The notes under the pieces are model-generated. The model was not told the DNA's origin and made no database searches. It worked only from the letters and a program-made list of their open reading frames with translations. A stretch of 64,000 bases of DNA from an uncultured Candidatus Rokubacteria bacterium. Lineage in GTDB: Bacteria; Methylomirabilota; Methylomirabilia; Rokubacteriales; DASRDR01. Positions within the stretch are counted from its first letter, which is position 1. The number at the start of each line of letters is the position of its first letter. Made by a program: the position numbers and the translations under genes. This document shows positions 38,457-49,042 of this stretch, piece after piece. The stretch lies in contig CAWGVS010000005.1 in the NCBI GenBank assembly GCA_963826115.1, positions 768,001 through 832,000 on the forward strand, read 5' to 3'.

Positions 38457-41012
38457 GTGAGGATCATCGACCGCTATATCTGGAAGGAGCTCATCACCCC
38501 GTTCTGCCTCGGGCTGCTCATTTTCACCTTCCTGCTCCTGATCGACCGCATCTTCGACCTCACGGACCTGATCATCAACAAGGGCGTGCCGGTCCACCTC
38601 GTCCTGATGATGCTCGTCTACATCTCCCCCGCCATCCTGGTCCTCACGATCCCCATCGGGTTCCTGCTGGCGATCCTGGTCGCCTTCGGGCGCCTGTCCG
38701 CGGACATGGAGGTGGTCGCGCTGAAGGCCTGCGGCGTGAGCCCCCTCCGCCTCCTGTGGCCGGTGGTGGCGTTCGGGCTCGGCGTGACCGCGCTCACCGG
38801 GTACCTGATGATCGACTCCGTGCCCAAGAGCAACTACGCCTTCAAGTCCCTGGTGTTCGAGATCGTCCGGACCTCGGCGACCGTGGGGCTGAAGGAGCGC
38901 GTGTTCAACGACACGTTCGGGAACTTCGTCATCTACGTGGACGAGATCGGGGCCGACCAGGTGGCGCTCCGGAACGTGTTCGTGTCCGACGAGCGCAAGC
39001 CCGACGAGCAGCGCTTCATCACCGCGCGCGAGGGGCGGCTGCTCTCGGACGAGGTGAACCGTCGGGTCACCCTGCGCCTCCTGGACGGCGCCATCCACGA
39101 GACGAGCCCCAACGCGCTCCAGAAGTACCGCGAGGTGAGCTTCCGGCTGTACGACATCTCCCTCGTGCTCGAGAACCCGCTCGTGAAACAGGGCGGCGCG
39201 CCCAAGGGCGACCGCGAGATGAGCCTGGTCGAGCTCCGGGTGGCGGCGCAGAACGCGACCAACCTCAAGGGAAACCCCAACCCCTTCCTGGTCGAGATCC
39301 ACAAGAAGTTCGCCATTCCCGCCGCCTGTATCGTCTTCAGCCTCCTCGGCGTGCCGCTCGGCATCCGGGCCCACCGGGGCGGGCGGATGGGCTCCTTCGT
39401 GGCGCTCCTGCCCATCGTGCTCTTCTACTACTTCGGCCTGACGCTCGGCGAGAACATCGGCGACTACGGGCGGATTCCCCCGTGGCTGGCGATGTGGGCG
39501 CCCAACATCATCGTGGGTGCCATCGCGCTGTACCTCCTGCGCGCGACGCTGAAGGAGCGGCCGATCCCGGTGGTCGCGCTGACCCAGCGCGGGTTCTGGG
39601 CCACCGTCGCCGCCTTCCAGAGCACTCGCCGGGCCGTTGACGAGGGGCTGAAGCGCGCCCGGACCGCCGGGGCCGGCCGCTCCGCGTCGGGCCGCCGCCG
39701 GCCGGCCTTCGCGCGCGGCGTCGCCGCCGACGCGGCGGAGCTGCACCGCAGCGAGTCGTGGGTGCCGCTGATCTACGGATTCATCGTCTACACGCCCGTG
39801 GTGATCATCCTGGGGTTCGTGCTGCAGGACCGGCTCGGCATGTCGGCACCGATGCTGACCGTCGCGCTGGCTCTCGCGTTCCTCCTGTACTGGACGATCG
39901 CCTGGCTGTGCGTCGGGGTCGTGAATCGCTACCTCAGCCGCCAGTTCCTCACGCTGTTCGCCTACGGCATCGCGCTCGCGAGCGTCGTGGTGATCGTCGG
40001 TGACCTGATGACCACGCTGGAGCGCTACATCCGGCTGAAGCCCGGCATCAAGCTGATCCTCCTGCACTTCGTCTTCCGGACGCCGCCGTTCGTGTACCAG
40101 GGTCTGCACCTCGTGATGCTGATGTCGACCATCCTCCTGTTCGTCGGCCTCTCCCGGAGCAACGAGCTCACGGCGCTCAAGGCCGGCGGGGTGAGCCTCT
40201 TCCGGGCCAGCCTCCCGGTCCTGGGGCTGGCGATGGTGATCTCGATCACGTCGCTCGGGTTCCAGGAGTACGTGATGCCGTGGATGAACCGGCGGGCGGT
40301 CGAGATCGACGAGGCCAAGATCAAGCGACGCACCATGCCGGAGCTCCGGAAGCGCACCGAGATCTGGTACCGCGGGCGCGAGGACGGCGTGGCCGAGAGC
40401 CGGATCTACCACATCGGACTCCTCGACCCGAGCAACCAGCAGATGAACAACGTCACCGTGCTGTCGCTCGGGTCCGACTTCACCATGCGGCGGCGCTGGG
40501 ACGCGAAGGACATGCGGTGGGTGGTCGCCGACGACGCCTGGCGGCTCGGCACGGGCGTCCGGCGGGAGTTCCGCCGTGGGCAGCCCGACCGGGCCGAGAC
40601 GTTCAAGGAGCAGACCATCAAGCTGCCCGAGCGGTACCAGGACTTCGCCCAGGTCCCGCGGGCGCCCGACGTGATGAGCTACAAGGAGCTCCGGGAGTAC
40701 ATCGACCGGCTCCAGGACGCCGGGCACAAGGTCGCCAAGTACATCGTCGACCTCCAGTCCAAGATCTCGTTCCCGCTCGCCCACCCGATCATGGTGCTCG
40801 TGGGCATCCCCTTCGCGCTCCAGTCCCCCCGGGGCGGGCGGGTCATCGGGATCGCGCTGTGTCTCGCGCTCGGGCTGACGTACTTCATCGTCCACTCGGC
40901 GGCCGTGGCGCTGGCCCGCACGGAGATCCTGCCGCCGCTCGTCGCGGCCTGGGCCGCGAACGCCCTGTTCGCGTCGCTCGGGCTGTTCCTGTACCTGCGC
41001 GCGCGCACCTGA
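38457..41012 (+). CDS. lptF: Fused LptF-LptG LPS export permease
   Basis: Two YjgP/YjgQ units: IIDRYI..RLSADMEVVALKACGVS..W.PN, and NRYL..LSRSNELTALKAGGVSL..AWAAN. Confidence 0.9.
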   Translation: MRIIDRYIWKELITPFCLGLLIFTFLLLIDRIFDLTDLIINKGVPVHLVLMMLVYISPAILVLTIPIGFLLAILVAFGRLSADMEVVALKACGVSPLRLLWPVVAFGLGVTALTGYLMIDSVPKSNYAFKSLVFEIVRTSATVGLKERVFNDTFGNFVIYVDEIGADQVALRNVFVSDERKPDEQRFITAREGRLLSDEVNRRVTLRLLDGAIHETSPNALQKYREVSFRLYDISLVLENPLVKQGGAPKGDREMSLVELRVAAQNATNLKGNPNPFLVEIHKKFAIPAACIVFSLLGVPLGIRAHRGGRMGSFVALLPIVLFYYFGLTLGENIGDYGRIPPWLAMWAPNIIVGAIALYLLRATLKERPIPVVALTQRGFWATVAAFQSTRRAVDEGLKRARTAGAGRSASGRRRPAFARGVAADAAELHRSESWVPLIYGFIVYTPVVIILGFVLQDRLGMSAPMLTVALALAFLLYWTIAWLCVGVVNRYLSRQFLTLFAYGIALASVVVIVGDLMTTLERYIRLKPGIKLILLHFVFRTPPFVYQGLHLVMLMSTILLFVGLSRSNELTALKAGGVSLFRASLPVLGLAMVISITSLGFQEYVMPWMNRRAVEIDEAKIKRRTMPELRKRTEIWYRGREDGVAESRIYHIGLLDPSNQQMNNVTVLSLGSDFTMRRRWDAKDMRWVVADDAWRLGTGVRREFRRGQPDRAETFKEQTIKLPERYQDFAQVPRAPDVMSYKELREYIDRLQDAGHKVAKYIVDLQSKISFPLAHPIMVLVGIPFALQSPRGGRVIGIALCLALGLTYFIVHSAAVALARTEILPPLVAAWAANALFASLGLFLYLRART

Positions 41013-41052
41013 GCGGCGCCGTCCGGCGCCCGGAGGCGTGGCGCGGGGGTCC

Positions 41053-43776
41053 TCAGCGCGGCGAGCGCTCCCGCAGCGACTTGAGGGTCTCCTCGAGGCG
41101 GCGCTGGGCGTCCCCGTAGGCCGCCCAGTCTCCCCGGCGCAGCGCGTCCTGCCCCCGGCTCCACGCTTCCCAGGCGCGGCCGACCAGCGCGGCGACCCCC
41201 TCCCCCGGAACCGCGGCGGCCATCGGCGCCGGGGACCGGCTGGCCGGAGAACCGCGGCCCCCGAAGATCGCCTGGAGGGAGGCGTCGAGCGTCTCGCTCA
41301 TCGCGATCTGGTTCCCGTGGGCGACGATCACCCGCTTCAGCTCCGGGATGGACCCCTTCTCGGCCGCCAGGTACAGCGGCTGCACGTAGAGGAGCGACTC
41401 CTCGACGGGGATCGCCAGGAGGCTCCCGCGGACCACGGTCGAGCCGCGCTGGCTCCAGAGGGTGAGCTGCTGCGAGATCACCGCGTCCTGGTCGATCCGG
41501 GCGGCGATCTGCCGGGGTCCGTAGATGAGGCGCTGCTTCGGGAAGAGGAAGGCGACCAGGCGGCCGTACGCCTCGCCGTCGGAGCGGGCCGCCAGCCACG
41601 CGATCATGTTGTCCCGGCGGAGCGGCGTGAAGGGGATCAGCAGCACGAACTCCTCGCGCGACTCCCCCGGGATGCGCATGATCGTGTAGTAGGGCTCCAG
41701 CTCGCGCTCGCGCCCGGCCTCGGTGGTGCGGGGCACGGACCAGAGGTCCTCCTTGTTGTAGAAGACCCGGGGATCCTGCATGTGGTACGTGGCGTACATC
41801 CGAGCCTGCACCGCGAAGAAGCCCGACGGATACCGGACGTGCGCCCGGAGATCGGCGGGCATCGTCTCGATCGGCGCGAGCAGGCCCGGGAACGCGGCGC
41901 CGTAGGCGCGCACGAGCGGGTCCTGCGCGTCGGAGACGTAGTAGCTCACTGACCCGTCGTAGGCGTCGACGACCACCTTGACCGAGTTCCGGACGTAGTT
42001 GCCGAGCCCCGGGACGCGCTCCGCGTACGGGAACCGGTCGGTGGCCGTGTAGCCGTCCACGATCCAGGCGAGGCGTCCCTCGGCGCGGATGACCAGGTAC
42101 GGGTCGGAGTCGAAGCGGAGGAACGGCGCGATCCGGCGCACGCGCTCGCCGATCTGACGGTGGAACAGGACCCGGCTCTCCGACGTGATCTCGGGGCTCA
42201 GGAGTACACGGTAGGAGCCGAAGCTGATGGAGAGCAGGAGCCGCCGCCAGATGGACCCGACCCGGACCCCGCCCTTCCCCTGGTAGGTGGTGTAGACGTT
42301 CTCGTCGCCCGACGGGTAGTCGATCTCCTGGGACCGCGTCCGCACGAATACGTAGTCGTTGGACACCTCGCCGAAGTAGATCTCCGGCCGCGTGATGCGG
42401 AGGGTCGCCTTGGTGGGCACCGGCGGAATGTCCTTCACGTAGAGCTCGGGCAGGCCCTCCCCCGTGATGCGGTTGACGGGCCCGACCACCGCGCCGTACC
42501 CGTGGGTGTACTGGAGGTGCTCGTTGATCCACTGGAGATCGGCGTCGCGGCCCTGGACGTCGCGCGGGAGGTTCTGGTACGAGAGCTCGCGCGCCGACAG
42601 CATGATCTGCTGGTATTCCCCGTCGACGACGTACCGGTCGTTGTCCACGTCGACGAACCGGTAATACGTCCGGATCTCCTGCAGCTGCGCGAAGGTCAGG
42701 AGGAGCGGGGCGTGGTCCCACAGGCGGACGTTCTTGAGCGTCGGCGCGTTGCGGGCCAGGTCGGCGGAGGTCAGCGTCTCGCGGGCGGGAAAGTCCCGCT
42801 CCTCGATGCGGTCGAGCGCGAAGGCCCGGCGCGTCATCTGGATGTGGTTGGCGATGTAGGGGCTCTCCGCGACCAGGGCGTTCGGCGCGACACGCAGGCG
42901 CTGCATCAGCGCCGGGAACACCCAGATGCCGGCGATCCAGCCGACCACCAGCACGACGACGCCGGCGGCGACCGGTCGCGCGCTGCGCCGGAACACGTGG
43001 ACGAGAGCGGTGAGCGCGCAGAGCACCGTCAGGACCGCCAGCCACTTGAGCGCCGGGAGCGTCGCGTTCACGTCCGTGTACGTCGCGCCGAGCACCGCGC
43101 CGCGCTGCGAGTAAAGAAGCTCGTAGCGGTCGAGCCAGAAGTCCACCGCCTTGGCGAAGAGGAGGAGCGCGAGGAGCCCGAGAAGGTGCGCGCGGGCCCG
43201 CGCGGTGATCACGGGGCCCCTGGACGTCAGCACGAGCACCCGCCCGAGGAAGTAGACCAGGGCCGTCGTCACCAGCGTGAGCAGGAGGACCCCGAAGATC
43301 CAGCTGAGCCCCCGCTGCCAGAGCGGCAGGCGGAACACGTAGAAGCCAACGTCCCGCTGGAAGATCGGGTCCACGACGCCGAACGGCTGCGCGTTCTGGT
43401 AGAGCAGAAGCGCCTGCCACTCGGTGCTCGCAGAGAGTCCGACCAGGAACGAGACGACCGCCGCCACCGGCTTGATCAGCCGCTGGAGCAGCGGCTCCAG
43501 CACCACCCGGCTCGGCAGGCCCAGGGGCTCCTCGAGCTCCCAGAACACGTCCGGCGGCCGCGCGCGGACGGCGGCGCGCAGGTTCGCCATCAGGAACAGG
43601 AAGGTGACGAGCCCAACGCCGATCAGGAGGCCGCCCCTCGTCGCGGCGATGCGGAGGAAGAGGGGCACGTAGCCCACCTCCTCGAACCAGAGCCAGTCCG
43701 TGTAGAACGGCACCGCCTCGAAGGCGAGGACCGCAACCACGCCGATCAGAGCCAGGAGCGACGCGCGCCGGGTCAC
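41053..43776 (-). CDS. UPF0182 family membrane protein
   Basis: TDWLWF.EVGY, DPIFQRDVGFYVF.LP, NVRLWD, VDVDNDRY, YTHGYG, NYVRNSVK, GDWAAYG. Confidence 0.95.
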   Translation of the reverse strand: MTRRASLLALIGVVAVLAFEAVPFYTDWLWFEEVGYVPLFLRIAATRGGLLIGVGLVTFLFLMANLRAAVRARPPDVFWELEEPLGLPSRVVLEPLLQRLIKPVAAVVSFLVGLSASTEWQALLLYQNAQPFGVVDPIFQRDVGFYVFRLPLWQRGLSWIFGVLLLTLVTTALVYFLGRVLVLTSRGPVITARARAHLLGLLALLLFAKAVDFWLDRYELLYSQRGAVLGATYTDVNATLPALKWLAVLTVLCALTALVHVFRRSARPVAAGVVVLVVGWIAGIWVFPALMQRLRVAPNALVAESPYIANHIQMTRRAFALDRIEERDFPARETLTSADLARNAPTLKNVRLWDHAPLLLTFAQLQEIRTYYRFVDVDNDRYVVDGEYQQIMLSARELSYQNLPRDVQGRDADLQWINEHLQYTHGYGAVVGPVNRITGEGLPELYVKDIPPVPTKATLRITRPEIYFGEVSNDYVFVRTRSQEIDYPSGDENVYTTYQGKGGVRVGSIWRRLLLSISFGSYRVLLSPEITSESRVLFHRQIGERVRRIAPFLRFDSDPYLVIRAEGRLAWIVDGYTATDRFPYAERVPGLGNYVRNSVKVVVDAYDGSVSYYVSDAQDPLVRAYGAAFPGLLAPIETMPADLRAHVRYPSGFFAVQARMYATYHMQDPRVFYNKEDLWSVPRTTEAGRERELEPYYTIMRIPGESREEFVLLIPFTPLRRDNMIAWLAARSDGEAYGRLVAFLFPKQRLIYGPRQIAARIDQDAVISQQLTLWSQRGSTVVRGSLLAIPVEESLLYVQPLYLAAEKGSIPELKRVIVAHGNQIAMSETLDASLQAIFGGRGSPASRSPAPMAAAVPGEGVAALVGRAWEAWSRGQDALRRGDWAAYGDAQRRLEETLKSLRERSPR

Positions 43777-44513
43777 GGCGTGTCCTCCTTCTCGATCTCG
43801 TACGCGAGCCGTCGCCGCGCCATCCAGCGGACGGCGAACAGGTCGGCGAGGCCGGCCCAGAGCCGGCCCCAGTTCCCGTACTTCGAGGTGCCGGCGCGTC
43901 GCGGGCGGTGAGACACCGGCACCTCGGTCACCCGCCGCCCGTCCATCTGCAGGAGCGCCGGCAGGAACCGGTGCATGCCGCGGTAGAGGTGCAGGCTCTG
44001 GACGGCTTCCCGCCGGAAGGCCTTCAGCGTGCAGCCGGTGTCGTGGACCCCGTCACGCGTGAACCGGTCCCGCACCCGGTTGGCCACCCGCGACGCCACG
44101 CGCTTGGTCCACGGGTCGCGGCGATCGACGCGCCACCCGCAGACGGCGTCCCATCCGGGGAGGGCCGCCAGGAGCCGCGGGATGTCGTGGGGATCGTTCT
44201 GGAGGTCGGCGTCCATGGTGACGACCACCGCGCCTCGGGCGGCCTGGAAGCCGGCGTGGAGGGCGGCGGTCTGCCCCGCGTTCCCCCGAAAGCGGAGGAC
44301 GCGGACGCGGGCGTCCTTGGCGCCGAGCTCCCGGAGGACCTCGCCCGTTCCGTCGGTGGAGCCGTCGTCGACGAACAGGATCTCGAACGGCTGGCCGATC
44401 TCGTCGAGGACACCGACGAGCTCCTGGTACAGCGGCCCGACGTTCGCGCGCTCGTTGTACGCGGGGATCACCACGGTGAGCGCGGGTGCCGGCCGGGACC
44501 GCTCCTCCGCCAT
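43773..44513 (-). CDS. Glycosyltransferase family 2 (ArnC/DPM-synthase-like)
   Basis: VVIPAYNE, VDDGSTDGT, MDADLQNDP, DTGCTLK, MHRF.P, HRPR.AG.SKYG; GGAAGGGAG SD. Confidence 0.93.
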   Translation of the reverse strand: MAEERSRPAPALTVVIPAYNERANVGPLYQELVGVLDEIGQPFEILFVDDGSTDGTGEVLRELGAKDARVRVLRFRGNAGQTAALHAGFQAARGAVVVTMDADLQNDPHDIPRLLAALPGWDAVCGWRVDRRDPWTKRVASRVANRVRDRFTRDGVHDTGCTLKAFRREAVQSLHLYRGMHRFLPALLQMDGRRVTEVPVSHRPRRAGTSKYGNWGRLWAGLADLFAVRWMARRRLAYEIEKEDTP

Positions 44514-44533
44514 GCCTGCCGCTCTCCCTTCCC

Positions 44534-46066
44534 TCAGTACCTGGTTCGGCCGGCGGGTACCGGCGCGGCGCGGAAGCCGTACGCGCGGTAGAGACTGAAC
44601 ACGCGAATCACCCGGTCGCCCTTGACCACCTCCAGCACGATCGGCGGGTCGACCCGCGTGAACGCGGCGCGGACGCGACGATCCAGCGGGCCGGCGCCCT
44701 CCTCCACGTACACCGCGTCCCACCCGAGGCGGGACTCGGGGCCCGGCCAGAAGTCGTACTGGTTCAGGCGACGGCCCAGGCTGAAATTATACGCGGGACG
44801 CTCGCCCGGCACGTAGAAGGCGAGCTCGCTCGTGATCTGGTAGCGCCCGGACACGAGGAACGTGCGTCGCGGATCCGGCATGCCGCCGATGGTCATCCCG
44901 ACCGCGCGCCCGAGCTCGGTCCAGCCGCGGAGGCGTCGCGCGGGGTCGAGGCGCGAGGGCAGCTCGAGCCGGTCGATGACGTGGCCGACCGCGCTGAAGC
45001 AGAGCGCCACCGCGACGGCCGCGGCGAGGAGACGCGTCTGCGCGCGCCGCCGGCCGTCCGTCAGCGCTGCGCGGCGCTCGAGGAGCAGGCCGGCGGTCGC
45101 GAGCGCGAGCGGCGGGTACGCGGCGGCCGCCCAGTTCGCCTGGAGCTTGCTCTGGAGCCCGACGAGGACGTAGGTACCGAGCACCGGCACCGCGAACGCG
45201 AGGAGGAACCGGTACGGCTCCCGCTGCCGCCGGAAGCCCTCGCGCACGGCGACCCAGAGGCCCCAGGCGAGCAGTCCGGCGATCAGCGGCGTCAGCACGA
45301 GGAGCTGAGAGCCGAGGAACTCGGCGAGGTGCACGAGCGTCAGCCCCCCACCTCCCCGACCCTGGCTCGCGACGTGCCGGGCGGAGACCCAGCCGACGCG
45401 CACGTTCCAGACGACCACCGGCGCGAGGCTCACGAGCACGGCCAGGACGGCGAGCGCCGGGCCGGCCGGCCGGATCGTCCGCCGTCGGTCTGGCGCGAGC
45501 CACAGGTACAGCACGAGGCCCGGCACGGCGAAGAGCATCGTGTACTTGGCGAGGCTGCCCACGCCGACCGCCAGCCCGAAGAGGAGCCACATTCCCGCTC
45601 CTCCGCCGGTGAGGGCCCGGTGCGCTGCCCAGAGCCCGAGGGTCCAGGCGACGACGAACGGCGAGTCGATCGTCGTGAGGAGGCTTCCCGCCCAGACCAG
45701 CGGGGTGAGCTGGAGGCCGATCACGGCGAGCGCGCCGGGCTCCGGCCGGCCGTAGAGGTCGCGGCCCAGTCGGTAGATGGCCCACGCGCCGACGAGGCTC
45801 AGGGCGACCGCGCCCAGGCGGATGCCGAACGCGGACGTCCCGAACACGGCGGTCAGGCCCGCCATGAGGTACGCGATGAGCGGGCCCTTCGAGTAGTACG
45901 AGAGATCGAGCCGTCGGGACCACTCCCAGTAGTGCGCCTCGTCCGGCGAAAGGTCGAGTCCGCCCCACAGGAGGTAGGCGATCCGGAGCGCCGTCAGGAC
46001 GGCCAGGACGGCCACGGTCAGGCGGCCGGCGTGGCTTCGTCCCGGCAGGCGGGCCGGCTCGCTCAC
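44534..46066 (-). CDS. ArnT/PMT-like GT-C glycosyltransferase (GT39/GT83 type)
   Basis: LSPDEAHYWEWSRRLDLSYYSKGPLIA, TIDSP, LAKYT, PVVVWN, ANW; GTGA overlap with PHP gene. Confidence 0.9.
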   Translation of the reverse strand: MSEPARLPGRSHAGRLTVAVLAVLTALRIAYLLWGGLDLSPDEAHYWEWSRRLDLSYYSKGPLIAYLMAGLTAVFGTSAFGIRLGAVALSLVGAWAIYRLGRDLYGRPEPGALAVIGLQLTPLVWAGSLLTTIDSPFVVAWTLGLWAAHRALTGGGAGMWLLFGLAVGVGSLAKYTMLFAVPGLVLYLWLAPDRRRTIRPAGPALAVLAVLVSLAPVVVWNVRVGWVSARHVASQGRGGGGLTLVHLAEFLGSQLLVLTPLIAGLLAWGLWVAVREGFRRQREPYRFLLAFAVPVLGTYVLVGLQSKLQANWAAAAYPPLALATAGLLLERRAALTDGRRRAQTRLLAAAVAVALCFSAVGHVIDRLELPSRLDPARRLRGWTELGRAVGMTIGGMPDPRRTFLVSGRYQITSELAFYVPGERPAYNFSLGRRLNQYDFWPGPESRLGWDAVYVEEGAGPLDRRVRAAFTRVDPPIVLEVVKGDRVIRVFSLYRAYGFRAAPVPAGRTRY

Positions 46067-47274
46067 TCGCGGACGTGCACGGGATTCGAGAAGATCCATG
46101 GCCGGTACGCGACGCCGCCGATCGGGAAGAGGTCGACACGGAGGTCGACCTCGACCCGGTACACGCCGGGCCCCGTGATCGGGACGGTGAGCAGCGTGTC
46201 GCCGGGGCCCTCGTGTATCACGGTCCCGTCGCGGAGGAGGCGCACGAGCGCGTCGCCGACCGGCGGGACCCTGACCTCCGCCGTCTGCCCCGCGCGGTAC
46301 GTCGTGGTCCCGCCCATGAGGGTCCGCGCCTCGCCGAGCCGGACGGCGAATCGGAAGCCGTCTGCCGGCGCGAAGCCGTCGAAGGCGTTGTAGAAGGAGC
46401 CCGCGCGCATGGCGCGGTAGACGCGGAGGCGGTCCGCGGGCTCGCGCCGGAGCGGCTCGGTGGTGACGAAGTGGAGCCGCCCCAGACGGAACGCGGTCTC
46501 GTGCGACGGGACGACGAGATCGGTCTCGTCGGTCAGCGCGACGCCGCCGTGGGCGTCGAGGGCCAGGACGCCGATGGTCGGCCGCTCCCGGCTCATGTCG
46601 TCCCAGCGGGCGAGCACGGCCCGCGGCCAGTGGATCCAGGACAGGACCGCCATGACCGGATTCGCCGGATAGGCCGCGAGGCCGACGGCCCTCCGTCCCC
46701 AGGACACCCCCATGATCTGGTCGAAGACATCGATGATCTCGACGCCGTCGATCTCCGGCACGGCGTGCCGCCACCCGAGGCGGGGGTGATCGGGATGGGC
46801 GAGGAGGACCATGGCCCCGGCCTGGCGGTAGGCGCGCACCAGGTCCTCCAGCACGAAGCCTCGCGCCTTCGTCGGGAGGTCCGCTCGCGGCGGATCCAGC
46901 AGGAGAAGGTAGCCGGACCCGGTCGTGATCTCGGCGCCGACCAGCACCAGGACATCCCCGTGCCACCCCTCCTTGTCCTCGGCCAGGGGCGCCAGCGTGT
47001 TGTGGTCCGTCAGGACGACCACTTGGACCCCGGCGCGCGCCGCGGCCGCCGCGATCTCCTCGATGCTGCCGCGGCCGTCGTGCGAGTAGGCCGAGTGCAC
47101 GTGGAGCACCGCGGTGTACTCGGAGAGGTCGGAGGCCGGCGGCCACCCCGCGCGGGCCTCGAGGCGCCCCAGCGAGGCGACGGCGACGTAGCCCGCGCCG
47201 AGCCCGAGGACGAGGAGGACGGCGAGCGCGCCCCAGGCCCGCCGCCGCCAGCGCCGGTTAGCGCGGGCTGGCAT
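46063..47274 (-). CDS. Membrane-anchored PHP-domain metallohydrolase (CehA/McbA-like)
   Basis: N-terminal TM, LHVHSAYSHDG, TDHN, GAEIT, AHP, DAH, WIFSNP. Confidence 0.82.
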   Translation of the reverse strand: MPARANRRWRRRAWGALAVLLVLGLGAGYVAVASLGRLEARAGWPPASDLSEYTAVLHVHSAYSHDGRGSIEEIAAAAARAGVQVVVLTDHNTLAPLAEDKEGWHGDVLVLVGAEITTGSGYLLLLDPPRADLPTKARGFVLEDLVRAYRQAGAMVLLAHPDHPRLGWRHAVPEIDGVEIIDVFDQIMGVSWGRRAVGLAAYPANPVMAVLSWIHWPRAVLARWDDMSRERPTIGVLALDAHGGVALTDETDLVVPSHETAFRLGRLHFVTTEPLRREPADRLRVYRAMRAGSFYNAFDGFAPADGFRFAVRLGEARTLMGGTTTYRAGQTAEVRVPPVGDALVRLLRDGTVIHEGPGDTLLTVPITGPGVYRVEVDLRVDLFPIGGVAYRPWIFSNPVHVRE

Positions 47275-47305
47275 CCGGCGCGGCGGGCACCCGGCTGGCC
47301 CCTCC

Positions 47306-48469
47306 CTAGATCCCGGCGTCCTGGCGGAGGTCCTTCACGCGGTGCGTGTGCTCCCAGGTGAACTCGGGCTCGCTCCGACCGAAGTGTCCGAACGCGGCCG
47401 TCTTCCGGTAGATCGGACGACGGAGGTCTAGATACTTGATGATGCCGGCGGGCGTGAGATCGAACTGGCGCTGGATGAGCTGCTCGAGCTGGGCCTTGGG
47501 AAGCTTGCCGGTCCCGAACGTCTCGACCATTACCGACACCGGGTCGACGACGCCGATGGCGTACGCGACCTGGACCATGCACCGCTCCGCGAGCCCGGCG
47601 GCCACGATGTTCTTGGCGACGTGTCGGGCCATGTAGGCGGCCGACCGGTCGACCTTCGTCGGATCCTTCCCCGAGAACGCGCCGCCGCCGTGCGGGCAGG
47701 AACCGCCGTAGGTGTCCACGATGATCTTGCGGCCCGTCACCCCGGTGTCGCCCATGGGTCCGCCGGTCACGAAGCGCCCGGTGGGGTTGATGTGGAACGT
47801 CAGGTGCCGGCGGTCCACCATGTGGGGCGGCAGCGTCGGCATGACGACGTGCTCGATGATCTCCTCGCGCAGGCGCTCGTGGGGAACATCCGGGGCGTGC
47901 TGGGCCGACACGACGACGGTCTCCACGCGCACGGGCTTCCCGTCCACGTAGCGGACACTCACCTGAGACTTCCCGTCCGGCCGGAGGTACGGCAGCTTGC
48001 CCGACCGCCGCACCTCGGACAGGCGGCGCACGAGTCCGTGGGCGAGCGAGATCGGCGCCGGCATGAGCTCCGGCGTCTCGCTGCACGCGTAGCCGAACAT
48101 CAGGCCCTGGTCGCCCGCGCCGAGCTTGTCGCTTCCCTGGTCGACGCCCTGGGCGATGTCCGGGGACTGCTTGTGGACGGCCACCACGACCCCGCACGTC
48201 TCGGAATCGAACCCGAACTTGGCCCGCGTGTAGCCGACGTCCTTGACCGTCTGCCGCGCGACGTCCGCGATGTCGACGTTGGCCGTCGTGGTGATCTCCC
48301 CGGCGACGACGATCAGGCCCGTCGTGAGGAGCGACTCGCAGGCCACGCGACCGCGCGGATCCTTCTCATAGATGGCGTCCAGCACTGCGTCGGAGATCTG
48401 GTCCGCGATCTTGTCCGGGTGGCCCTCGGTGACCGACTCCGAGGTGAAGATGTACTCGTCGTGCGCCAT
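47306..48469 (-). CDS. metK: S-adenosylmethionine synthetase
   Basis: [38 protein letters not shown]; GGAGGG SD. Confidence 0.98.
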   Translation of the reverse strand: MAHDEYIFTSESVTEGHPDKIADQISDAVLDAIYEKDPRGRVACESLLTTGLIVVAGEITTTANVDIADVARQTVKDVGYTRAKFGFDSETCGVVVAVHKQSPDIAQGVDQGSDKLGAGDQGLMFGYACSETPELMPAPISLAHGLVRRLSEVRRSGKLPYLRPDGKSQVSVRYVDGKPVRVETVVVSAQHAPDVPHERLREEIIEHVVMPTLPPHMVDRRHLTFHINPTGRFVTGGPMGDTGVTGRKIIVDTYGGSCPHGGGAFSGKDPTKVDRSAAYMARHVAKNIVAAGLAERCMVQVAYAIGVVDPVSVMVETFGTGKLPKAQLEQLIQRQFDLTPAGIIKYLDLRRPIYRKTAAFGHFGRSEPEFTWEHTHRVKDLRQDAGI

Positions 48470-48639
48470 CTGGCCCTCCTGAATGGCCTGCCGTGCGGTC
48501 GGGCACGCGGAAACGAGCCCGCAACCGGGCCACTGTAGCATGGGCCGCACGGCCTCTCAAGGCGAAGGGCCCTCGGAAGGGCCCGGGCGGCTGCCGCGGA
48601 GCCCCTCGGGACCCCTCGGCCCGTCGGCGGCGCCGCGGA

Positions 48640-49020
48640 TCAGGGCCGGTTCGTGCCCTCGCGGCCGTACAGGTCCTTCAGGCGCACGACGTCCTCCAGT
48701 TCTGGCGTGGACACCTCGAGCACGTCGGAGTCCTCGATCGCCTCGATGGTGTGGATCTCGCCTGGCCGGTTGCGCCAGGCGTGCCCCTCCCCGATCTCGG
48801 TGACCGTGAGGCGGTCCTCGCTCGGGCCCTTGGTCAGGCGGAGCCGGCCGCGCAGCACGTAGCTCGACTCGTCCTTCTCCCGGTGGTACTGGAGCGACAG
48901 CCGATGGCCGTGTCGGAGGTGCAGGATCTTCCCGACGTAGCGGTCGGTCCACGCGTACCAGATCTCGTACCCCCAGGGCTTGTCGATCCGGGCCGGCAGG
49001 CGGTCGGGCGAAGGGTCCAT
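48640..49020 (-). CDS. Cupin protein (mannose-6-phosphate isomerase type II-like)
   Basis: KPWGYE, RLSLQYH.EKDES, IH.IEA, EVSTPEL.DVVRL.D.YGR. Confidence 0.85.
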   Translation of the reverse strand: MDPSPDRLPARIDKPWGYEIWYAWTDRYVGKILHLRHGHRLSLQYHREKDESSYVLRGRLRLTKGPSEDRLTVTEIGEGHAWRNRPGEIHTIEAIEDSDVLEVSTPELEDVVRLKDLYGREGTNRP

Positions 49021-49042
49021 GCGCGCTCCCTTGCGGCGGGGG

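Noticed and set aside
48470-48540. SAM riboswitch upstream of metK
   Set aside because: Predicted UTR is only ~56 nt after a TGcTACAGT -10 and shows no recognisable SAM-I or SAM-II consensus
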